Positions 56,301 to 64,000 of a DNA stretch of 64,000 nt are shown piece by piece. Within the stretch, counting starts at the first letter, position 1. Every line of letters begins with the position of its first letter. The stretch lies in contig CM022670.1 in the NCBI GenBank assembly GCA_012295275.1, positions 31,682,001-31,746,000 of the forward strand. The letters are read 5' to 3'. The notes beneath the pieces are model-generated. The model worked only from the letters and a program-made list of their open reading frames with translations. It searched no databases and was not told the DNA's origin. The stretch comes from Chrysomallon squamiferum. Taxonomy: Eukaryota; Animalia; Mollusca. A program made the position numbers and the translations under genes.

Positions 56301-59300
56301 AAGTTTACTTTTTGACAAATATATAATTATTATAGTATACATTGCTATGGTAAACATTTTAGAGTAATTGTCCTTTAGTAAAATTTAAATTCTGGTTGTT
56401 TATAATAAATACAAAACTTTAGTTTAATGACTTTAATGTTTAACATTGCAGCCTTTAATGGAATCTGACTATGTCAAGGGCAAAGCAGGTTTGTCAATAA
56501 CATCACTGGTAAACAATTACTGTAACAAGGATTCAAGCTGTATGGAGAATAGAGAAGTGATGAAGATTGTACAGGATTTGCAGAATGATATTGGTTCTTG
56601 TCATGTTACAGACAGTAATCTTATAAATGTAATAGCATTTTTACAATATATGATAATTTTAATTTACTTTGCAAATGCTACTTTGAATCATAATTTTGCT
56701 ATTTAAACTCTTGCACAGTAAAAATACAGATTTCAGTGTATTATTTGTTTCAATTATTTGGTCTTAAAACTTCTCATAAAATTAATTTATTAAATCTGTT
56801 TTGTGGTTGATCATAAGTTAATAACTTTGAAAATATTTTGTATTAGTATATACTGTATTATCAAATAGAATGTTAGATTTTTAAAAATAGTTTTTAAGAT
56901 ATTTGGAAATGATGCAAATGGCATGTTAAAGATTAATGCTTAAAGTTTAGTTAATGTTTTATCTTATAATGATAATCAAATAATGAATATTTGGTTTTCA
57001 CTGCTCTGCATGTTTTATGTTTGTTTGAAGACTCTGTATGCTCTGAGAGCTGTAGGAAACTTGGGACAGTTTGAACAGTTCAGCTTCAGTTTAGAAAAAT
57101 GCTTCTCCAACAAGAACAACCCGACTGAGATCAGAGTCACTGCGCTGGAAGCTTTCCGCAGGTTGCCGTGTAGCAGCGACGTAAGAAATATATATTCAAA
57201 ACTAAATTCTTTATAGTACTGTTTTTTTCTGAAATGAAAACACTTTATATATTTTTTCTTTTTCTTTACTCTTTCTTTCTTTTCTTTTATTGCTTTCTTT
57301 TCTTTTTTTTTAGTTGTGATGGAATTTAACTTTTTTAAAGTTTGAGCTTATTTTAAAAGAAGAGAGAAAAATATAAAGCCAGTAAAATTTCAATTAATTC
57401 TAAACCTGAATATAAAATATAATGAAACCATATACTGAGAGATAATAAAAATATATTTTAAGCCATAATATATTAAAATATTTTATGTAATATAAAATAA
57501 AACATAAGACAAAAATCAAAAATCAAACAATATATAATATATAATAAAATTAAAGATATTTGAAATGGACTGATTATTTTAATTTAATAATATATCAAAA
57601 TTGTAATACTGCATATGTAATATAATAAAACAATAATGATATACTAATACTGTATATATATATATATATATGGATAGTCAGACAGACAGACAGAGTCAGA
57701 CAGATAGATAGATAGATGTAAGTATAAACTGGTATTGCATATGTTATATATGCTTATGACACTGAACTTTATTTCAGCGTAATAATGTTATGGAAGTCTT
57801 TCTAAACACTGATGAAGATTCAGAGCTGAGGATTGCTGCATACATTGCAGTCATGCAGTGTCCAGTCCAGACCTTCCTTGACCAGATCAAATCTAATCTA
57901 GAGTCTGAAAAAGCTGACCAAGTTGGTTCTTTTGTTTGGTCGCATCTGACAAATCTGATGGAGACATCAAGCCCGATGAAACAAACCATCAAGAAGATAC
58001 TGGAAGATGAAGATTTGAAGAAGGAGTTTGACATGGACAAGAGAAAGTTCTCCAGGTTAAAGACTAGTATTTAACTTGAGTAATTTAAGTAATAGTTATT
58101 CCAGCAAAAAACATATATAACATGTAAAGACTTAATAACATAATGAATCCGTTAAAAAAAAACCCAAATCCCATAATTTTAAAGAATATATATCTAGTCA
58201 TACAGAATAAATTTGGACAAAAAAAAAGTAGTTTGGAATAAATAATTTATTTATAGCAACTATTTTTTTGGCTTTTGTGGGCATGAAAATATGTTAGGTA
58301 ATAAAATATTTATAAATAATACTTGAATTGTACATATATACATAGATATAGATATAGATATAGATATAGATATAGATATATTATGTTATATGTTATATTT
58401 CTTTTCCTATTATTGTTAAATGTTGATATGTCAAAATTCTTGTTCTCTGCATTCTTCATTCATTCAGCCTCTGTTGATTACAGTTTTAGCATAATCATTG
58501 ACATTTATTGCAATTGTAAATGTATGATTAGTTTAACAGAATGTCAAAATTTTACCATGAGAATTAATTTTTAATTAATGTTTTATGTTATATTTTCTTA
58601 TAGAAACTATGAAGGGTCATTTTTCCTTGAGAAGATCAACTCAGGTGCGATGGTAGAAAGTAATGTCATTTGGTCATCAGCATCTTTTCTGCCCCGGTCA
58701 GCAATGGTAAATTTCACTGTGGACCTGTTTGGTCAGTCTGTCAATTTCCTGGACATTGGTGGAAGAGTGGAAGGACTTGAATATCTGCTGGAATCCTACT
58801 TCGGTCCTGAAGGACTGTTTAAAGAAAAAGATGATACCAAAGGATATGCTGATACAAAGACAATTAGAAAAGAGAAAATGAAAAGGCAGAAAGAAAGGGT
58901 GGGTTAATTTTGTTTGTCACATCTTCCATGAGAAGTATTAACCAAGAAAAAAGGGGCATATAAATTTTCATTGTCACATTTTCCATGTAATATGTAGACA
59001 AGGTATACGTATTTTCTCATTCATGCTTCCCACTTAAAGTCTATAAGATAAATTAATTTTGTTTGTCATAATTACCTTATTAGATGGTGACCTAGAAAGA
59101 AAGGGTACATTAGTTTTTCTCTGTTATTTTCCAAATAAAGTCTGGAACATCATCATGTATATCATGTTCCCATGGACACTCATTTTTGATAATTCTAGAT
59201 TTAATCATGATTTTTTCAGAAAATTTTATTTCTTTGATTTCCATTTCAGTACAACCAATTAAAGGATAAATTCCGTGCCTCTCTCTATGTCCGAGTGTTT

Positions 59301-62077
59301 GGAAACGAACTTCAGTACAAACATTTTGATACTTTGAACCCAAGCAAGGATGACATCAAATTTAACATCATTGAACAGCTGATGAAACTTTCCAAAAACA
59401 ATGAGTATGCATACACACACAGTTTCATGTTTTTAGACAGCAGTCTGATAATCCCAACATGCACTGGACTCCCACTTAACCTCACAGTTAATGGAACAGC
59501 CACAATCGACATGAAAGCTTCAGGAAAATTTGATGTCAGAAATTTCAAATCAAAGAGGAATATGCTAATAGATGGACAGCTTCAGCCAAGGTGAGTAATT
59601 AAGAAATCTCTGACTTCAGTGACATTAATAAGGTATAAAGTTATACAGTCAAACAAAACAACTTTTTATATCAGTTGTTTTTAATCTTTGTATTTTGAAA
59701 CGATGGTAATAATTACAGTCTTCAAATTAAAGATGTAAATTAAACTGACAGCAGTAACAAATGAAGGCAAGGAGTAAATACAACAAATAGTTGATGTTTC
59801 ATAATCAAATCCGATAGTAAAATCTAGATATATTTTCACAATTATTTAGTTGATATGACAGTTTCTAAACACAACAGTTAATCATATAAGTTAAGAAATG
59901 GTCCTTATATCATCTATTTATTTATTATTTATTAATTTATTCCTATTATTATTATTATTATTATTTTAACAGTGGTGCCCTGGAGATAGTCAGTGCTATG
60001 TCTGTTGATGCTTTTGTCACAAAAGCTGGACTGAAAATGGTGTCAACACTTCACTCCAGCTCTTCAGTGAAAGGCAAATTGGAGCTTTCTGGAGGAAACA
60101 TTTTCAGTCTGGAGTTTGACCTGCCCAAAGACAAAACAGAAATTTTTGATTTCAAGTAAGAATCCAGATTATAATAACTATTTTTCAAAGTCATATGAAT
60201 ATACAGAGTGGCTTACATGTATAATTTAACTTAAAACTTTGGTCAATAAGAACTCATAACAACACAATTTAAAAAAAATGTTATGTGTTGTTTTGTTTTC
60301 TAATGATGAATTAGAGAAAGTTTACTGATACTGTTCATTATGCAGCATTATTAATCTTTTATTTGTAATAAGCAATAATTAAACAGGAAAATACATACAT
60401 TATATTTTTGCAATCCAAATATGGATTACTGGTTGAAACAGGAAACTTAGCTACTTTAATTTACTTACTAAATAGTTTATATTACTATAAGGAATTAATT
60501 AAAATTAAATAAATAAATAACTAAACAAACAAACAACAATAATAACAATAACAACAACAAAAGTAATGATGAAGATGATAAATATAACAAAAATAATAAT
60601 TTTAAAAATTAGCTAATGGTTCTAATTATTGTAACCTTACATAAAAACAGTTTTGCTTTTTCATAATGAAACTTATTTTACCTTAACAATATTATCTTAA
60701 TCCTTAAAGGTCAAGGTTCTTCATAGAACATGACAACCACCAGAGGGAGCAGAGGATGATTGAGGAGAACAGAAAGTACAAGCAGTCATGTTGGGGAAAT
60801 CGTCTCACTAGATTTACTGGAGTAGAACTGTGTGGAGAAGTTGGTTTTCCTAATGCATCCATGAACACAAAATCACCCTACTTCCCTTTCACTGGTCCTG
60901 TAGACATTGGCTTTGTTCTGCACAAGAGAGACTTGCAATCTGGATACAAAATGGTGGTCAGGAAAATCCATGTAAGTATGATATATTTTTAGTCTTTATT
61001 TATAAAAGGTCACAAATGATATTTATGTGAAAAGGATATTTAGTCTTTGTTTACTATAGCTTATATTTATGATCTGTTCAAAATAGACATTTGATCTTTA
61101 TTTTTCTCTTAAGTAAGATGAAAAGAAGATAAAATAAAAATTGCACTTTTATATACAATTTAAATTAATATAATTAATTTATTGTTGTTGTTTATTGTGA
61201 AGGATTTTTTGGGAGATAATACACATTTTAGGAAAAGAAATCTGTTGCTTTATAATTCTTTTTATGTAAATAATTCTAATCAATAAAAAATAAAAATAAA
61301 TTAATATTTGGACAAAAAATGAAAGCAAATAAAGATACATCTAGATGGTTATTTAACAGTTATTCTTTTAATTCTTTCATAAGATTTAAAATATAGGGAT
61401 AACTTACTACTATTATTATTACTACTACTGCTATTCTTAATACTACTATTACTGTTTATAATAACATTAATATAATAATAACATGATCACAACAGATACA
61501 ACAATAATAATAACAATAATCAAAAATAGAAGATAAATTTGTAAAACAGAACTTGTTTAGATAACACATCAATAATAATGGCAACAAAAACCTATAACAA
61601 CAACAACAATAAGCAGATGATAAATTTGAAAAACATTCTTTTTAAAATACAATTTTTTTTTTTTTTTTTTTGCCACTAATTTCTTCATATCTATGAAAAT
61701 CTACCTCTCTGTGTGTTTCAGAACAGAGAAAGTACATTTGTCACAAAATAATAATAATAACAATAACATACTAACAACAACAGTAATAATAAAAATAGGC
61801 TAATTTCTTTGTATCTGTAAACGTTTTCTGTGTGTTTCAGAACAAGGAAACCACACTTGGTCAGATTGCATTTGACACTCCAGGATCTAAAGTTAACCGT
61901 GCTTTGTCTCTGGATTTTACTCTAATGTACAAGACCAAGGAAATTAACATTGCTTTAAATTCACCTTGGAAAAAAGCAAATGTAAAGGGTAAGTAATTTT
62001 TAATTAAGAGGAAAGGTTTATATATTTTTGAGATTGTTAAGATATTTTTGGTGTTTTTTTTTCTTCTGTTATGACTA

Positions 62078-62144
<67 letters not shown>

Positions 62145-62335
62145 CATTATTTGAAAAGAACATTCATGAAATTTGCATTTAAAATTGTTTAGTTTATGTG
62201 TTAGTTGTGCTTTTGTACAGTTTAATACAGTTATGTTTGTTTCATCTTGGTAAAGTAAATTTTATATATATGTGCATGTCTCATTGTATATACATGTTTG
62301 TGTATGCATTTTTAGTTATGCATTTATGTATGTAC

Positions 62336-62371
<36 letters not shown>

Positions 62372-63460
62372 TAAAAATCAGGTGAATTTACAAACACAGA
62401 CAGTCTGAAAAAGGTTACAGCTAAACTGATGGTTGATGACAGACAGGAATACTTTATTTCTACCAAAATACCAATTGAGAAAAAGGGAAAAACAACAGTT
62501 TATTCTCCAAGTGCTGAGGTCAGATGGCCAAATTCTGGTAGCATTAATTTCAGTGGAATGGTGTCACACAAGTCTTTGCTTGACAGAGTGGAAGCAGATT
62601 TGTCTGTAACAGGAGTCACTGCTAATTCTATAAATCTACATGGTATGTATACAGACCTACAGACAGGTGATAGATAGATTCATAGATAGATAGACAGAGA
62701 GGCAGAGAGATAAGTAGATAGATTGATAGATCTGTAGCTAGATGAGTAGAGAGATTGGCAGATATGTAGATATATAAACAGATCAAGAAATAGAAAAGAA
62801 GATAGATAAATCAAAAGGTAGGTAGGTACGTAGATCAACAGATATTTAAGTAGACTGACTGATAGATATGGAGATAGAATGCTAGCCAGGTAGATAAATA
62901 TTTAAGTTGATAAATCAATAGTTAGATAGACTGACTCATAGATAGATAGGAGGACAGCCAAATAGATAAGTAGATAGATTGATTGATTGATTGATTGATT
63001 GATTGACTGACAAATAGAAAGATAGTCAGATAGGTAGATTGATAAACAGTTTTAACATGTCTTCTTTGTTCAATTAATCTTACATTTAAATCTAATTACA
63101 TTTACATTTATGTATGGATGTTGTGTGTGTGTGTGTTAAATTTCCCTTCAATTTGTCTTTGTCTTAATATTTAAACACATTTTTTAGGTTTACTGGTAAA
63201 CACAGACACAGTTAAAAGCCTTACAGGTTCTGTCATGCTCAAACCAAAGCAGGAATATTCAGTGGCTGCTAAGCTTCTTAAGAACAAAACTGACAAAAAG
63301 AGAGGTGGCACTAAGCTGATTCCAACACTTGTGATCAAAACACCAAAAACAACACTGCTGTCTGCAGAGGGAACAGTGGAATTCAAGAAAAATAAATACC
63401 TGAAAACCAACATGGCAATAAATATGAAAAAACACCTCAAGGAACCAATCCGAATAACAT
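41594..63460 (+). CDS. apolpp: Apolipophorin-like large lipid transfer protein (Vitellogenin_N/LPD_N plus DUF1943/DUF1081-type regions), 5' portion, incomplete at window end
   Basis: 18 in-phase GT-AG exons: 41594-41645 (signal peptide MEARVIVLLAVSAGVFA), 45115-45171, 51728-51888, 52722-52970, 53800-53952, 54411-54609, 55126-55381, 55770-55935, 56452-56628, 57031-57180, 57778-58055, 58604-58898, 59250-59590, 59973-60155, 60710-60971, 61841-61988, 62382-62642, 63188-63460 (~1220 aa). Motifs FQYQPGMTYEY, WSLNIKRGILTAFQ, EADVTGSC, DAIPMVGT, ALRAVGNLG, EDSELRIAAY, QVGSFVWSHL, RKFSRNYE, SFLPRS, YVRVFGNEL, PTCTGLPL, PYFPFTGP. Confidence 0.92.
42517..42723. mobile_element. hAT-type MITE (207 bp) with TIRs and 8-bp TSD in apolipophorin intron 1
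   Basis: Ends cagtggcgtgtagagg and cctctgcatgccactg (14/16 inverted match); flanks gttcttca (42509-42516) and gttcttta (42724-42731). CAG termini with an 8-bp TSD are typical of hAT elements. Confidence 0.8.
46545..47274 (+). mobile_element. Second non-autonomous pogo/Tigger-like transposon remnant, in apolipophorin intron 2
   Basis: Aligns by eye with 10443-11058 (cctcgccgtggaagcatctc..., gaagaagaagcggatgatgtccattgaattaacgcatgaaac, ...aaactcgtaagtcaaggtaccactg) and is followed by TA. Left boundary approximate. Confidence 0.8.
49855..50655. repeat. Degenerate tandem minisatellite, unit ~26 bp (consensus approx. TACGTACCATGTAGATCTACTGATGA)
   Basis: Recurring gtaccatg / agatctact / gatgata blocks, e.g. 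gatttgtaccatgtaaaactattgatga, aacgtaccttgtatatctactgatca, tacgtatcatgtagattactaata. Confidence 0.7.
62650..63045. repeat. Degenerate (GATA/GACA/GATT)n tetranucleotide repeat in an apolipophorin intron
   Basis: Direct reading. Confidence 0.8.
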
Positions 63461-63736
63461 GTATGTACCTTATCAAACTAAATTTTGAAAAATGATTCTG
63501 TTCATTTTATTATTAATAATGATAATAATAATATTGTTGATTATGATTAAAACAAATAGCAAAAGGTTAGGGTTTTTATCACATTGCTTCATAATACCTT
63601 TTTAGTTCATTTCAAATCAATTGTTTTGCTAGATCTGGTTTACCTAACTTTTAGGCATTTTAAATTGTCATCACATCAGTAATTATATATTAAATATATC
63701 TGAATATTTTCTTATAATTGCACCTATGTCTGTCTC

Positions 63737-63774
<38 letters not shown>

Positions 63775-64000
63775 CGTGCGTGAATGAGTGAAATTATTTT
63801 TGGTTAAATCTGACTCTTTTGTGGGAGTAAATGAAGCATTGTTGGTTTATCTAAGATTTGCTTTTCTCTTCTAATTCTATTTTTTAATAATTGTTATTTT
63901 CCATTGAATCACATCTAATAGCAAGCTTTATTTTTGTGCTGTGGTCTTGTTAAACAAGCATACATACATTCTTGTTTTGCTCATAATACCAAGATAATTA

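Noticed and set aside
41594-63460. Calling the large lipid transfer gene vitellogenin or MTP
   Set aside because: WSLNIKRGIL, RKFSRNYE, SFLPRS and PYFPFTGP motifs, and the extension beyond 1200 aa, fit the apolipophorin/apoB branch better; a phylogeny would be decisive.

Overview
AT-rich, microsatellite-dense animal genomic DNA with spliceosomal GT-AG introns; probably a lophotrochozoan such as a mollusc (inference from gene content and repeat style). I reconstructed six spliced genes by hand: (1) an MFSD2A/B-like lysolipid transporter (13 exons, ~491 aa) whose second intron appears to start with GG instead of GT; (2) a STELLO/DUF288-like type II membrane glycosyltransferase-like protein (3 exons, ~699 aa); (3-5) three paralogous PQ-loop (SLC66-like) transporter genes with identical exon structure and two extra C-terminal hydrophobic helices; (6) the 5' part (18 exons, ~1220 aa) of an apolipophorin-type large lipid transfer protein that runs off the window. 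There are also decayed DNA transposons (two pogo/Tigger-like copies, a Mutator-like element with TIRs and TSD, a hAT-type MITE), a degenerate ~26-bp minisatellite and many simple repeats. Most short ORFs in the supplied track are microsatellite artefacts. The most novel-looking feature is the 9-TM PQ-loop trio. Family assignments come from recalled motifs, not database searches.
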